A DNA stretch of 62,989 nt, filler included, from Chiloscyllium plagiosum (Eukaryota): NCBI RefSeq assembly GCF_004010195.1. It is 4 parts of one record of this genome, joined end to end, with 100 filler letters (N's around TTAATTAATTAA, not from the genome) between each part and the next. Parts side by side here need not be neighbours in the genome. Positions count along the whole stretch, not along the records: positions 1 to 31,159 come from NC_057710.1; 3 more parts are not named here. One strand, given 5' to 3'. The translations under genes and the position numbers were made by a program. This document shows, piece by piece, positions 13,908-27,135 of this stretch (positions are counted from its first letter, which is position 1; every line of letters begins with the position of its first letter). The notes below the pieces were generated by a model, which made no database searches, was not told where the DNA came from, and saw nothing but the letters and a program-made list of their open reading frames with translations.

Positions 13908-14527
13908 TAGTCATAGAGTCATAGAGGTGTCCAGCATGGAAACAGACTCTTCAGTCTAACTTGTCCATGCCGACCAGATATCCTAACCTAACCTCATCCC
14001 ATTTGCCAGCATTTGGCCCATATCCCTCTAAACCATTCCTATCCATGTACCCATCCTGATACATTTTAAATGTTGTTATTGTACCAGCCTCCACCACTTC
14101 CTCTGGCAACTCATTGCATACACGCACCACCCTCTATGTGAAAAAGTTGCCCCTTAGGTCTCTTTTAAAATTTCCTCCTCTCACCTTAAACATATGACCT
14201 CTAGTTATTACTCGCCTAGCCCAGGGAAAAGGCCTTGTCTATTACCCTATTCATGCTCCCCATGATTTTATTGTCACCCCTCAGCCTCTGACACTTCAGA
14301 GAAAATAGCCCCAGCCTGTTCAGCCTCTCCCTATAGCTCAAACCCTCCAACCCTGGCAATTTCCTGAAAAGTGTTTTCTACACCCTTTCAAGTTTCACAA
14401 CCTCCCTCCTATGGTAGGGAGAGCAGAACTGCATACAATATTCCAAAAGTGGCCAAACCAATGTCCTGTACAGCCGCATCATGACCTCCCAACTCCTGTA
14501 CTCAATGAACTGACCAATAAAGGCAAG
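13908..14527 (-). mobile_element. CR1 LINE 3' portion inserted in a SlmI-like SINE
   Basis: CR1 tail at 13908; SINE head lies before it and the SINE body resumes at about 14530-14775. Confidence 0.8.
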
Positions 14528-15162
14528 TGAGTTTTGAACTTAATTAAGAATAAACCTCAAATTAAAAAGCTGACCTAATGGTGACAATGTAAACATTATC
14601 AATTGTTGAAAAGACACATCTCATTCACTAATGCCCTTTAGGGAAGAAAATATGTCATCCTTACCAGGTCTGACCTACATGTGATTCCAGACCATGGCAA
14701 TATGGTTGACTCTTTACTATGCTCTGGGCAACTGGGGATGGGCAGCAAATATTGGCCTAGCCAAGACATACACATAATTAAAAATACCTGTCATTGTCTG
14801 TATTGAACCCACGGTCCTCTGGGCTGGAGAATTCCAAAGATTCACCACCATCTGAGCGAAAAGAAATCCTTCTCCTTTTTGTCCTAAGTCTCCTACTCTA
14901 AGATTGATCCCCAGACCCACTAACCAGGGGAAACATTCTTCCTGCATCTACCTTGTCAATCCCTGTAAGAATATGGGAATAGGCCATTCAGCCCATTGGG
15001 TCTTTGATGGTCCTTTGAAAGAATCTGCTTTGGCTGGTTCCCAAATACTGACCTTTTCCTGGATAATCCTGCAGATTGTTCCTCCTCAAGGACACATCCA
15101 GTTGCCTTGTTGTGGAACTTGATTCTACTCACACTTCAGGTAGTGTGCTCCAGATCTCCAGA

Positions 15163-15895
15163 GGTGGCACAGTGGCTCAGTGGTTAGCACTGTTACCTCA
15201 CAGTGCCAGGGGCCAGGTTCGAGTCCTGCCTCGGGTGACTGTCTGTGTGGAGTTTGCACATTTTCCCTGAGTCTGTGCAGGTTTCTTCAGGGGATGCACA
15301 GCAGCTCAGTGGTTAGCACTGCTGCCTCACAATGCCAGAGACCCGGGTTTGATTCTCGCCTCAGGCAACTCACTGTGTGGGAGTTTGCACATCCTCTCTA
15401 TGTCTGTGTGGGTTTCCTCTGATGTGCAGGTCAGGTGAATTGGCCGTGTTAAATTGCCCATAGGCTTAAGTGCATTAGTCAAGGTAAATGTACGGTAGGG
15501 GAATGGGTCTGGGTGGGTTATTCTTCAGAGGGTCAGTGTGTTTCCATACTGTAGGGAATCTAATCTAAGTTGTTATTTAAATGATTTTGTGTGGCAGCAC
15601 TGTAGCTCAGTGGTGAGCACTGCTGTCTAACAGTGCCAGGGACCAAGGTTCGATTCCAACCTCGGGCGACTGTCTGTGTGGAGTTTGCACATTCTCCTGC
15701 GTGGGTTTTCTCCGGGTGCTCCGGTTTCCTTCCACAGTCCAAAGATGTGCAGGTTAGGTGAATTGCCCATTCTAAATTGCCCATTGTGTTAGGTGCATTA
15801 GTCAGAGGAAAATGGGTCTGAGTGGGTTACTTTTCGGAGGGTTGGCGTGGACTTGTTGGGCAAAAAGGCCTGTTTCCATACTGGGAATCTAATCT
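15163..15895 (+). mobile_element. Three tandem HE1-type V-SINE copies
   Basis: Heads gctcagtggt..gcactg at about 15165, 15295 and 15592; the first copy is truncated. Confidence 0.85.
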
Positions 15896-16208
15896 AATAA
15901 AAAAAACTTCATTATTTGTGTGAAGAAATTTGTCCTTATTTTCCCTTTTTGCCAACAAGTGTAACTCTTTGCCCACTGGTAACTCTCTCACTTGATACAG
16001 GGAGCCACACTCTAACACATGAGTTCGATGTTATCCCTTTGGTCTCATTTCCTCCTGATGCTGAATTTAATTGTTTGAGATATTGGAGAAGTATTGTTCC
16101 AGTGATTCATTCAATGTATTATTGAGTTAAAATACTTCACTGAAAAGACTGACTTGTTGAATTGTTAAGTAATGTAGACCTGTCCTCCGGTAATGTGTCT
16201 GACTCTGA

Positions 16209-16334
<126 letters not shown>

Positions 16335-17440
16335 TAGTGACTATCTGCAATGCTTTAGTTTCTTATTAATTGGAGAAAATGTACACTACGTTAATGTCCT
16401 AGATATACGAACGTAAGAACATAAGAGCATAAGAAATAGGAGCAGGAGTAGGCCATCGAGCCTACTCCGCCATTCAATAACATCATGGCTGACCTCTCAA
16501 CTTACCCACCTGTTCACCATAACCCTTAATTCCTTTAATATTCAAAACCTATCTATCTTTGCCTTAAGAACATTCAACGAGGTCGCCTCAACTGCTTCAC
16601 TGAGCAGGGAATTCCACAGATTCACAACCTTTTGGATGAAGACGTTCCTCCTCAACTCAGTCCTGAATCTACACCCCCCCTTACTTGAGGCTGTGCCCCC
16701 TGGTTTTAGTTTCACTGGCCAGTGGGAAAACAATTGCTGTGAATTTCCTCCACTGTTCTTCAAAAGTTCCACCACATAGTCATTGTTCTCAGTCTACCTT
16801 AGGCAACTACTTCCTCATCCCATTTTAGTCTCCTTTGTATAAGCATGTACCCAGGTCTAGTTTCCCACTCCTCTGTCTCACACTTATGGAATGGGGAGAG
16901 ATCCCATCAGATACCAGGAGCAACTTTTCTCTCCTCAGAGGTGGTGAGAAGGGCGAGTCATTGGGTGCATTGTTCCTAGACAGGCAATGCCCCCCCCCCC
17001 CCCCCCACCCCCAGCTCCCCCAACCTTTGCATCACCTCGCAAAGTGCTGGGTGAAAGGTGCCTTTGGGAATTTGTTGGATGTACTAGACATTCAAAGCTC
17101 TTTCATGGTCAATAAACAGCCAGTTAAGGGCTTCAGCTTTCTACAAGCCCATAAGACCATATGTCATAAGAGTAGAAGTAAGCCATTCAGCCCATCATGA
17201 AATGAAATGCAAATTACATCTTTTCCCTGCAAGCAAGAAACATGGTTGGTTTCTGGACAGGGGTGGCATGGAGGCTCAGTGGTTAGCACTGCTGCCTCAC
17301 AGTGCCAGGAACCAGGGTTCAATTCCATTATTGTCGACAGTCTGTGTGGAGTTTGCACGTTCTCCCTGTGTCTGTGTGGATTCCCTCCGGGTGCTCCGGT
17401 TTTCTCCCACAATCCAAACATGTGTACGTTGGGTGAATTG

Positions 17441-18675
17441 AGGATGTAACTCTGAAGCTGGACTAGGGAGATCCAGTAGATGTAGTGTACATGGACTTTC
17501 AGAAAGCTTTTGATAAAGCCCCCCATAGGAGGCTGGGGAGCAACCTTAGGGCGCATGGTATTGGGGGCAAAGTACTAACTTGGATTGAAAGTTGGTTGGC
17601 TGACAGGAAACAAAGAGTAGTGATAAACGGCTCCCGTTCGGAATGGCAGGCAGTGACCAGTGGGGTATCGCAGGGATCAGTGCTGGGACCGCAGCTTTTT
17701 ACAATATATGTTAATGATATAGAAGATGGTATTAGTAATAACATTAGCAAATTTGCTGATGATACTAAGCTGGGTGGCAGGGTGAAATGTGAGGAGGATT
17801 TTAGGAGATTACAGGGTGACCTGGACAGGTTAGGTGAGTGGTCAGATTCATGGCAGATGCAGTTTAATGTGGATAAATGTATGGTTATCCACTTTGGTGG
17901 CAGGAACAGGAAGGCAGATTACTACCTAAATTGAATCAATTTAGGTAAAGGGGCAGTATAAAGAGATCTAGATGTTCTTGTACACCAGTCAATGAAGGTA
18001 AGCATGCAGGTACAGCAGGTAGTGAAGAAGGCTAATGGCATACTGGCCTTCATAACAAAAGGGATTGAGTATAGAAGCAAAGAGGTTCTTCTGCAGCTGT
18101 ACAGGGCCCTGGTGAGACCACACCTGGAGTATTGTGTGCAGTTCTGGTCTCCAAATTTGAGGAAAGACATTCTGGCTATTGAAGGAGTGCAGCGTAGGTT
18201 CACGAGGTCAATTCCTGGAATGGCGGGACTACCTTACGCTGAAAGACTGGAGCGACTGGGCTTGTATACCCTTGAGTTTAGAAGACTGAGAGGGGATCTG
18301 ATTGAGACGTATAAGATTATTAAAGGATTGGACACTCTGGAGGCAGGAAACATGTTTCCGCTGATGAGTAAGTGCCGAACCAGAGAACACAGCTTAAAAA
18401 TATGGGGTCGACCATTTAGGACAGAGATGAGGAGAAACTTCTTCACCCAGAGAGTGGTGGCTGTGTGGAATGCACTGCCCCAGAAGGCAATGGAGGCCCA
18501 GTCTCTGGATTCATTTAAGAAATAGTTGGATAGAGCTCTCAAGGATAGTGGAATCAAGGGTTATGGAGATAAGGCCGGAACAGGATACTGATTAAGGATG
18601 ATCAGCCATGATCATATTGAATGGTGGTGCAGGCTCGAAGGGCAGATGGCCTAATCCTGCACCTATTGTCTATTG
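17441..18675 (+). mobile_element. Young 5'-truncated CR1 inserted in an HE1 SINE (17262-18835)
   Basis: ORFs 17485-17934 (YMDFQKAFDK, KFADDTKL) and 17992-18525; tgaattg on both flanks; the SINE resumes at gccatgctaaattt. Confidence 0.92.
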
Positions 18676-19027
18676 AATTGGCCATGCTAAATTTGCTCAT
18701 GGTGTTCATGGATGTGTTCGTGAGAGGTTAATGTAGAGAAACAGGGTAGGGGAAAGGTTTTGGGTAGGAATTCTCCAGAGGATCTGGACTTGTTGGGCTG
18801 AAGGGCCTGTTTCTGCACTGTTGGGATTCTATGATTTGTGGGGTCCTCAGTCTGTGGCCAACCAAGGGAAGGGATGGCTCTGAATGCCAATTCGTTTAAT
18901 TCCCCCCAGACCTTACCTCCAACTTCACTAGCATTTCTCTCACTGCAGCACCCCCCTACCTCATGATGCCAAAGAAAAATACTGGTCATTGAATCCCCCA
19001 AAGTAAAGTTGTCATAATTCTACCAGA

Positions 19028-19901
19028 TTCTGGATTAGTGGTGCTGGAAGAGCACAGCAGTTCAGGCAGCATCCAAGGAGCAGCGAAATCGATGTTTCGG
19101 GCAAAAGCACTTCATCAGGAATAAAGGTAGATAGCCTGAAGCGTGGAGAGATGAGCTAGAGGAGGGTGGGAGTTGGGAGAACATAGCATAGAGTACAATG
19201 GGTGAGTGGGGGAGGGGATGAAGGTGATAGGTCAGGGAGAAGAGAGTGGAGTGGATAGGTGGAAAAGGAGATAGGCAGGTAGGACAAGTCCGGACTAGTC
19301 ATGGGGACAGTGCTGAGCTGGAAGTTTGGAACTAGGGTGAGGTGGGGGAAGGGGAAATGAGGTAACTGTTGAAGTCCACATTGATGTCCTGGGGCTGAAG
19401 TGTTCCGGGGCAGAAGATGAGGCGTTCTTCCTCCAGGCGTCTGGTGGTGAGGGAGCGGCGGTGAAGGAGGCCCAGGACCTCCATGTCCTTGGCAGAGTGG
19501 GAGGGGGAGTTAAAATGTTGGGCCACGGGGCGGTGTGGTTGATTGGTGCGGGTGTCCCGGAGATGTTCCCTAAAGCGCTCTGTTAGGATGCGCCCAGTCT
19601 CCCCAATGTAGAGGAGACCGCATCAGGTCCTGGTCCTCCTTCACCACCGCTCCCTCACCAGCAGACGCCTGGAGGAAGAACGCCTCATATTCTGCCTAGG
19701 AACACTTCAACTTTCTCCCCACCCCCACCCTCCTCTAGCTTATCTCTCCACACTTCAGGCTCTCTGTCTTTATTCCTGATGAAGGGCTTTTGCCCAAAAC
19801 GTCAATTTTGCTGCTCCTCGGATGCTGCCTGAACTGCTGTGCTCTTCCAGCACCACTAATCCAGAATCTGGTTTCCAGCATCTGCAGTCATTGTTTTTAC
19901 C
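19028..19901. mobile_element. Penelope-like element relic: GIY-YIG C-terminus plus terminal repeat on -, with an inverted partial copy on +
   Basis: Minus ORF 19332-19526 (AQHFNSPSHS...RRLEEERLIFC.GTLQP..INVDF) is typical of the PLE endonuclease end. Hammerhead cores near 19092-19118 (-) and 19776-19803 (+). 16-bp duplication at 19012-19027 / 19902-19917. Confidence 0.9.
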
Positions 19902-20291
19902 TCATAAATCTACCAGACGAGAGAGCTGCTGTCTCATTAGAGAGACAACACTGGCAGTGGTTTAATCTGAGGGCTGGGAAGATTGAGGAGGAGAGTCCTT
20001 CATGGCGATCTCAACTGATGCGAGAATGGAGGCTGTGCTGTTGGCATCACTCTGCATCACAAATCAGCCACCTAGCCAACTGAGCTAACTGAAACTACCC
20101 CACCTCCCCAAGACTAACCCTCCAGCATCAAACTGTGGGACGAAGAACCTGCCAGCATTCATGGCCAGTAACGTCTGATGAGGCGGGGCTTTAAAGTTGC
20201 AGTTTGCCAATGAGCTCTCAACAAAGTGAATAGAGCTTGACACAACACACTCTCTTCTTGATGGGACAATTGCTCCTGAATACTATTCTGC

Positions 20292-20440
20292 CACACACAC
20301 AGACAAACACTCCCCCACCCACTTGTACATCAAACACACACACATACACACACTTGTAAAACAAACCCACAGACGCATATACACACACACACACCTGAAA
20401 AATAAACCACAGACACACACACACAGTCTCTCTCTCTCTG
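20292..20440 (+). repeat. Imperfect (CA)n / (CT)n microsatellite
   Basis: Direct inspection. Confidence 0.9.
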
Positions 20441-20461
20441 TCTTTGGCTGTAATGTGGTAG

Positions 20462-20720
20462 GGTCAAAACGTGTGGCGCTAGAAAAGCACAGCCGGTCAG
20501 GCAGCATCCGAGGATCAGGAGAGTCAACGTTTCGGGCATAAGCCCTTCATCAGGAATGTAGAGGAGGAAGGGGGATGAGAGATAAATGGTGGGGGGGGGA
20601 GGGGGGGGGGCTGGGGAGGAGGTATGTGGAATAGTCATAGGTCAGTGCAGGTAGGGGTGGTGATTGTGATTGGTCGGCGGAGAGGGAGGAGTGGATAGGT
20701 GGGAAGGAAAATTGACAGGT
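20462..20720 (-). mobile_element. Penelope-like family A 3' relic with hammerhead core
   Basis: Minus strand reads attcCTGATGAaGGGCttatGCCCGAAAcgTT. Confidence 0.75.
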
Positions 20721-21559
20721 ACATCAACTAATTTAGGAAGAGAACAGAGAACTGTTAATTTCAAAACTCCAGGATTTACATTACTTTACTTTCATGAATT
20801 CCATTACTTTGTTTTTTAAAACTCTTAAGCTCTTAAATGAGATGCTTACTTTTACAAGGGATTATGCAGTTGAATTAATGTGAATGCAGTGAATGAATTC
20901 AACAAAGTCTGCAATAGATGCTTAGAAGTTTTTTTTAAAATTCAGAATAAACCATTCACCCCTATCTTACATTCTTCATATTAAAATATGAAGGGTTTTA
21001 TTTGACAGCTAATACTTCTCTTTCCTGAGCTCTGGGGATCTGAAATTAAAACAGAAAATGTTGGAGAATCCCAGCTGATTGAACAGCACCCATGGAGAAA
21101 GAATAACTAATTCTGCTTTGAGTATGATATGATGTTTATGTGGTTCTCCTCTCTAACTTTGTTTATGGCTCCTCAAATGTTTTAGACCAGCTGGGTTTTC
21201 CCAGCATTTATGTTCTTTGTTGGAATTCATACTCCCACCTCAGAGAGTCTTGAAGTATGTGAATTAAACTGCGGAATGACATTGTGATAATGGAATCCAA
21301 TCCAGTCATCGTAACCCTTAGGTTCTCTATCAGTTTGAAAATTCTTGACCAAATGATCACTCGCTGGAGGTCTCTTCCTCAAATAACTTTCCCTGCCTAC
21401 CTCACTCCAGAAATACCAGCACCTGCAAGTTCCCCTCTGAACCACACACTATCTAGACTTGAAAATATTATCGTCATTCCTTCACTGCCGTTGGATTGAC
21501 ATTCTGGAATCCCTTTCGAAAGAGCACTGTGGGTGTCCCTACATCCTAAGGACTGTAGC

Positions 21560-21980
21560 AGTTCAATTCCTGTCTCCATGCTATCGGAAATATGTTGTTA
21601 AACTTGCAAGGGTTGAGGTTTATAAAATCATGAAGGGTGTGGAGAGGATGAATAGACAAGGTCTTTTCCCTGGACATACATTACTTAATTAGAGGGCATA
21701 GGTTTAAGATGAGAGGGGAAAGATTCAAAAGGGACCTAAAGGGCAACTTATTCATACAGAGGGTGGTGCGTGTATGAAATGAGCTGCTATCGGAATTGAT
21801 GGAGGCTGGTACAATTACAACATTTAAAAGTAATCTAGATGGGTGTATGAATAGGAAGGATTGAGAGGGATATGGGCTAAATGCTGGCAAATGGGACTAG
21901 ATTAATTTAGGATATCTGGTTGGTGTGGACAAGTTGGACCAAAGGGTCTGTTTCTGTGCTGTACAAGTCTATGACTCTCA
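21560..21980 (+). mobile_element. CR1 LINE 3' end with internal deletion
   Basis: VEVYKIMKG motif, CR1 3' UTR, ctatgactc tail. Confidence 0.8.
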
Positions 21981-22514
21981 GGCTACACACCATTTCCTTT
22001 TCCTGGGCATTGAGGGATGTGCAATAAATACTGCCTAGTCTGTGACACTCATAACTCACGACTTAATAAAAAATGACTCCTTTTCCTTTAAAAGCCTCAA
22101 TGGATCAGCAGCGGTTTGGGGGAGTTGGGGGGGAGGGTTCTCTGTACTGTCATTAGCCTATGATTCTTCACCCATGGGCAAGTTTTGAGAGTACATGAGT
22201 AGGGAACTCTGGCTCATTTATTTTAAGGAAGCATGACTCACTAAGTATGGAAAGGTTTTAAATCCCATATCTCATTTCACATCAAACTAATGGGTACACA
22301 AAAGATATAAATCTTATTCAAACTTTTTGTTGGATATCAAAACTCACCAGGAATGGTTTCCATTGCATCCATGTTGCTATGGAGAAGTTGAAGTGATTCA
22401 TTTAAAGAAAAGTTAGAGAAACACATGCAATAGAAACAAATAAGAGAATATGTTGATGGGATGGGCTTAAGAAGGAATGGGAGGAAACTTGCATGAAGCT
22501 TAAATACTGGCATA

Positions 22515-22874
22515 GGAATCCTGATGAAGGGCTTATGCTTGAAACATTGACTCTCCTGTTCCTTGGATGCTGCCTGACCAGCTGTGCTTTTCCAGCACCT
22601 CACACTCAACTCTGATTTCCATCATCTGCAATCCCCACTTTTTTCTAATAGCCTAGTTGTACAATGATTAGACTATTATTCCAAAGCGGAGACAGTGAGG
22701 TCTGCAGATGCTGGAGATCAGAGTTGAGATTGTGTTGCTGGAAAAGCATAGCAGGTCAGGCAGCATCCGAGGATCAGGAAAATCGACATTTCTAGTGCTC
22801 CGGCCTGAAACGTTGATTTTCCTGCTCCTTTGATGCTGCCTGACCTGCTGTGTTTTTCCAGCAACACATTCTGA
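22515..22874. mobile_element. Two adjacent PLE family A relics; the second is palindromic
   Basis: 22521 CTGATGAAGGGCTTATGCTTGAAAC; inverted arms at 22688-22874 with a 16-bp duplication at 22672-22687 / 22875-22890. Confidence 0.8.
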
Positions 22875-23599
22875 ACTATTAATCCAAAGCCCCAGGTAAT
22901 GTTCTGGGGACCTGGGTTCAAGTTATAAAAATCTGGAATTAAGGGACTAATGATGACCATTGGAACTTGTTCTTTAGCAGCAATCAAGAAACATGGAATG
23001 CCCTGCCAGTAGCAGTGGTGGACTCTCCCTCTTTATGGGCATTTAAGCGGGCATTGGATAGGTATATGGAGGAGAGTGGGTTAGTATAGGTTAGGTGGGC
23101 TTGGATCGGCGCAACATCGAGGGCCAAAGGGCCTGTACTGCGCTGTATTCTTCTATGTTCTATCTGAATCAATACATGACTACGAAGGGAATAGAGGGAT
23201 ACGGATCCTGCAAGTGAAAACAGTTTTAGTGTGGAAGGGCAAAATGTGTCAGCACAGGCTTGGAGGGCCGAAGGGCCTGTTCTTGTGCTGTATTGTTTTT
23301 TGTTCGTCGTTTTGTATACCTTGGATTTCACATACACTCATTTTTTTTTCAGAATGTAGCATTCTCCTTAGCTCATCTCCAAAGCACAAGGACAGCACGA
23401 TGCATGAGATCATTCCCCTCAACTCCGTTAGCTTTCTGAAAACACACTGTATGTCTGAGTAAGGACTGTACTAAAGGAGGGTTAGTGTCAAAATGCAGCG
23501 AAAAGATAGGTTGAGGTTGAGGGTGTATTGTGACCGACAGCCATGGACCAGCCTGAAAGCTAACCTGAGGCAACCAAACCTTGGAAGGTCTGCTCCTGC

Positions 23600-24010
23600 T
23601 CACCCCTTGCAGTGATCCTTTTCACATTTAATTTTGTTTTGTTCCCATGACCGACAGGAGCTTCCCCAAGCAGGTGCTCCCAGCTCTGAAACGGCAGGCG
23701 AGCCCCAGGTGGACAGAGGAAGTGTTTCAGTGATAACCTCAAGGCCTCCCTGGCAGAGTGTGGCATTCCCACATACACCTGGGAATCACTGGCCCAAGTC
23801 CGTCCAAAGTGAAGTTGAGCACCTCGAGACTTGCCGTTGGGAAACAGCGGAAGCCGGGCGAAAAGAGCGAGAGAAACCCCTCCCACCCCTTCCCATGACC
23901 ACCATCTGCCCCAGCCTACAGTAGTCATGTTGATCTGTACAGCCACCTACAGGCTCACCCTGAGAGGGGAAGAGAGTCATCTCCATCTGCAAGGGACCAC
24001 CGTTGCTGAT
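23600..24010 (+). mobile_element. RTE-clade LINE 3' end
   Basis: GRRAPGGQRKCFSDNLKASLAECGI..TWESLA and terminal LYSHLQAH; a similar fragment lies at about 59330-59480. Confidence 0.7.
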
Positions 24011-24211
24011 GATGTTTCACTTTGCAGGACATTCTCAGCAAATGTTGCATTGATTCAAAATTGCTACTTTGGGATGGTTGCTGATCGTAGCTCAAGGTAA
24101 TGGGTCAGGGCCAAGACTTTGAGTGAGCTGGAGCAGGCACTCTGAACCAGGAGAAAGTATTTCATTTTGGTCACTTTCCCAGCCTGATTTGCAGGTAGCT
24201 CTAGTGGTTTC

Positions 24212-24546
24212 TAGATTAGATTCCTATGGTATGGAAACAGGCCCTTTGGCCCAACATGTCCACACCAACCCTCCAAAGAGTAACCCACTCAGACTTGTTC
24301 CCCTACCCTATATTCACCCCTGACTCATGCACCTAACACTGTGGGCAATTTAACATGGTCAATTCACCTAGCCTGCATATCTTTGGATTGTGGGAGGAAG
24401 CCAGAGCACGCAGAGATAACCCACACAGTCACAGGGGGAATGCCCTCGTGGGGAGAATGACCTAGACAGTTCCCTGAGGTGGGAATTGAACCTGGGTCCC
24501 TGTTGTTGTGAGGCAGTAGTGCTAACCACTGAGCCACCATGCCACC
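24212..24546 (-). mobile_element. HE1-type V-SINE
   Basis: Head, V-domain and tail as in the other copies. Confidence 0.8.
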
Positions 24547-24890
24547 CATTCTACCTTGAACTCAGCTACAAAGTCATAGAGATTTACAGCATAATAAAAG
24601 GCCCTTTGGCCCATTGTATCCATGCTGGTAAAAAAAAATCCCTTAATTCTTCCAATCCCTGTTATCTCTGTTCTGTCAAGTACCCCACCCATGAAAACTG
24701 GATCAAGTCAGGTATAAGCAGCCTGAAGAAGGCAAGCCCATTTAGATTAGACAATTTTGGGTATCTGGAAAAGAAAGGCCATGTGGAAGCTCAGTCAAGC
24801 GGGAATAGTGTTTTTTTTTTTCCTTACTTGCTGGGCACAGTTTACTTCACCATGGATTTACATTTCCAGCACAGACCTTTCCTTGCAGAA

Positions 24891-25126
24891 AGAGTTGAAA
24901 ATGTGTTGCTGGAAAAGCGCAGCAGGTCAGGCAGCATCCAAGGAGCAGGAGAATCGACGTTTCGGGCATGAGCCCTTCTTCAGGAATGACTTTCCTCATT
25001 CCTGAAGAAGGGCTCAAGCCCGAAACGTCGATTCTCCTGCTCCTTGGACGCTGCCTGACCTGTTGCGCTTTTCCAGCAACACATTTTCAGCTCTGATCTC
25101 CAGCATCTGCAGTCCTCACTTTCTCC
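24891..25126. mobile_element. Palindromic PLE family A insertion with two opposed hammerhead cores
   Basis: Arms of about 100 bp at 24891-24989 / 24996-25094; cores at 24956-24983 (-) and 25002-25029 (+); duplication ccttgYagaaagagtt at 24881-24896 / 25125-25140. Confidence 0.9.
25002..25029 (+). ncRNA. Minimal type I hammerhead ribozyme motif (PLE-borne)
   Basis: CUGAAGA-A-GGGC-UCAA-GCCC-GAAA-CG-UC; palindromic ACGU in place of stem III; one extra A before stem II. Confidence 0.7.
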
Positions 25127-25609
25127 TTGTAGAAAGAGTTATCAGCAGCCCGGCAACCTTGACAGGCCCACTTTATCTTGACAAATGAACCTCTAGCTTG
25201 AAAATTATTAATGTGCTAAAGCTGGCTTTGCCACTAACCCTCCCGAGTTCATGAGTCGTCTTTTGTACTTTTTCTCCTCAGCCACGCAATGTATTATCTG
25301 TCAGAAAGATAATGGAGCTGAGGGAAATTTTCTTTTCGCATGTTATGCCCACCACTGCTCCTGTGAGGTGAGCCAGGGAGAACGTTACATTTTTAACAAG
25401 CTCCAGCAGAACCAAACTCCAGGGACAAACAAAAAGAGATGTGTTATAGATCTGGGTACTGACAATTACATGATATTATCGTTCAGCCCAACTGATCTCT
25501 GCTAGCCCTGATGCTTTACTCAAGCTTTCTCCAATTCTTTCCCACATGCCTTGCTATCATTCTCTTAATGCATCTACACTGTTCACCTTGTAGTAACAGT
25601 TTTCATGTG

Positions 25610-26535
25610 GGGAGGCAATGGCCAGGTGGTATTTTCACTGGACTGTCGATCCAGATAACATTCTGGGGACCTGGGTTCAAATCCTCTTGTAGCAGATGAT
25701 GATGTAATTTGAATTTAATAAATATCTGGAATTAAAAATCTAATGATGGCTGTGAATCGATTGTTGGAAAAACCCCATCTGGTTCACTAATTGAGTTCCG
25801 GAGTCCTGAGGTCATGTTGCAGTTGTATAAGACTCTGGTGCGGCCGCATCTGGAGCATCTGGTCGCCATACTATAGGAAGGATGTGGAGGCACTGGAACA
25901 GGTGCAGAGGAGGTTTACCAGGATGTTGCCTGGTATGGTAGGAAGATCGTATGAGGAAAGGCTGAGGCACTTGGGGCTGTTTTCATTGGAGAAAAGAAGG
26001 TTTAGGGGTGACTTGATAGAGGTGTACAAGATGATTAGGGGTTTAGATAGGGTTGACCATGAGAACCTTTTTCCACGTATGGAGTCAGCTATTACGAGGG
26101 GGCATAGCTTTAAATTAAGGGGTGGTAGCTATAGGACAGATGTTAGGGGTAGATTCTTTACTCAGCGAGTTGTGAGTTCATGGAATGCCCTGCCAGTAGC
26201 AGTGGTGGACTCTCCCTCTTTATGGGCATTTAAACGGGCATTGGATAGGCATATGGAGGATAGTGAGCTAGTGTGTAGGTTAGGTGGGCTTGGATCGGTG
26301 CAACATCGAGGGCCAAAGGGCCTGTACTGCGCTGTATTTTTTCTATATTTCTATGTTTCTATGTTTCTAATGTTCTTTAGGGAAGGAAACTGTCATCCTT
26401 ACCAGTTCAGGCCTACATGTGACCTCAGGCCCACAGCAATGTGGTTGACTCTTAATTGCCCTCTGGGCAATTGAGGATGGGCAGGAAATGCAGGTCTTGC
26501 CAGCGATGTTCATGTGCTGTGAATGAATTAAAAAC
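25610..26535 (+). mobile_element. SlmI/Meta-like SINE split by a young CR1 (about 25791-26367)
   Basis: SINE breaks at ggttcactaat and resumes at ctaatgttctttagggaagg; CR1 ORF SPYYRKDVEALEQVQRRFTRM with (tttctatg)n tail. Confidence 0.8.
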
Positions 26536-26589
26536 AAGCATCTTTGTTGCAAGAGCAGCCCTGTTAAGTTGATAACCATATGTCATTAG

Positions 26590-27135
26590 CATTGTGAGTA
26601 GTTTTGGGCCCCATGTCAAAGGATGTCAGTACTGGCATTAGAGGAGCTCTAGGAGAGGTTTACAAAATTAATCCTGGGGACAAATGGCTTGTCATACGAG
26701 GAGCGTTTGAGGACTCTGGCTCTGTATTTGATTGAGTCTAGTCAGATACCGGTTTTAGGGGGTGGGTGGGGGGTTGCGGGGAGGTGAGATCTGATTGAAA
26801 CTTCCAGAATATTGAGAGGCCTGTATAGAGTAGACATGGAGAAGATGTTTCCACTAATAGGAGAGACTAGAGGCCGAGGGCACCACCTTAGAATGCAGGG
26901 ACAACCTTTTAGAACTGAGATGAGGAGGAACTTCCTTGGCCAGAGGTGCAGAGGGCTGTGGAGGCCAAGTCATTGAGTGTATTTAAAACAGAGATAGGTT
27001 GTTGATTGTTAAAGGGATCAAGGGTGATGGTGGGAAGGCAGGAAAATGGAGTTGAGAAATATACCAGCCTTGATCAAATGGCAGAGCAGACTCGATGGGC
27101 TAAATGGTCTACTTCTGCTCCTGTATCATATGATC
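26590..27135 (+). mobile_element. Degraded CR1 3' end
   Basis: tttagaactgagatgaggaggaacttc and CR1 3' UTR. Confidence 0.7.

Noticed and set aside
15163..15240. tRNA-like sequence
   Set aside because: It is the head of an HE1 SINE and continues into the V-domain; not a tRNA gene.
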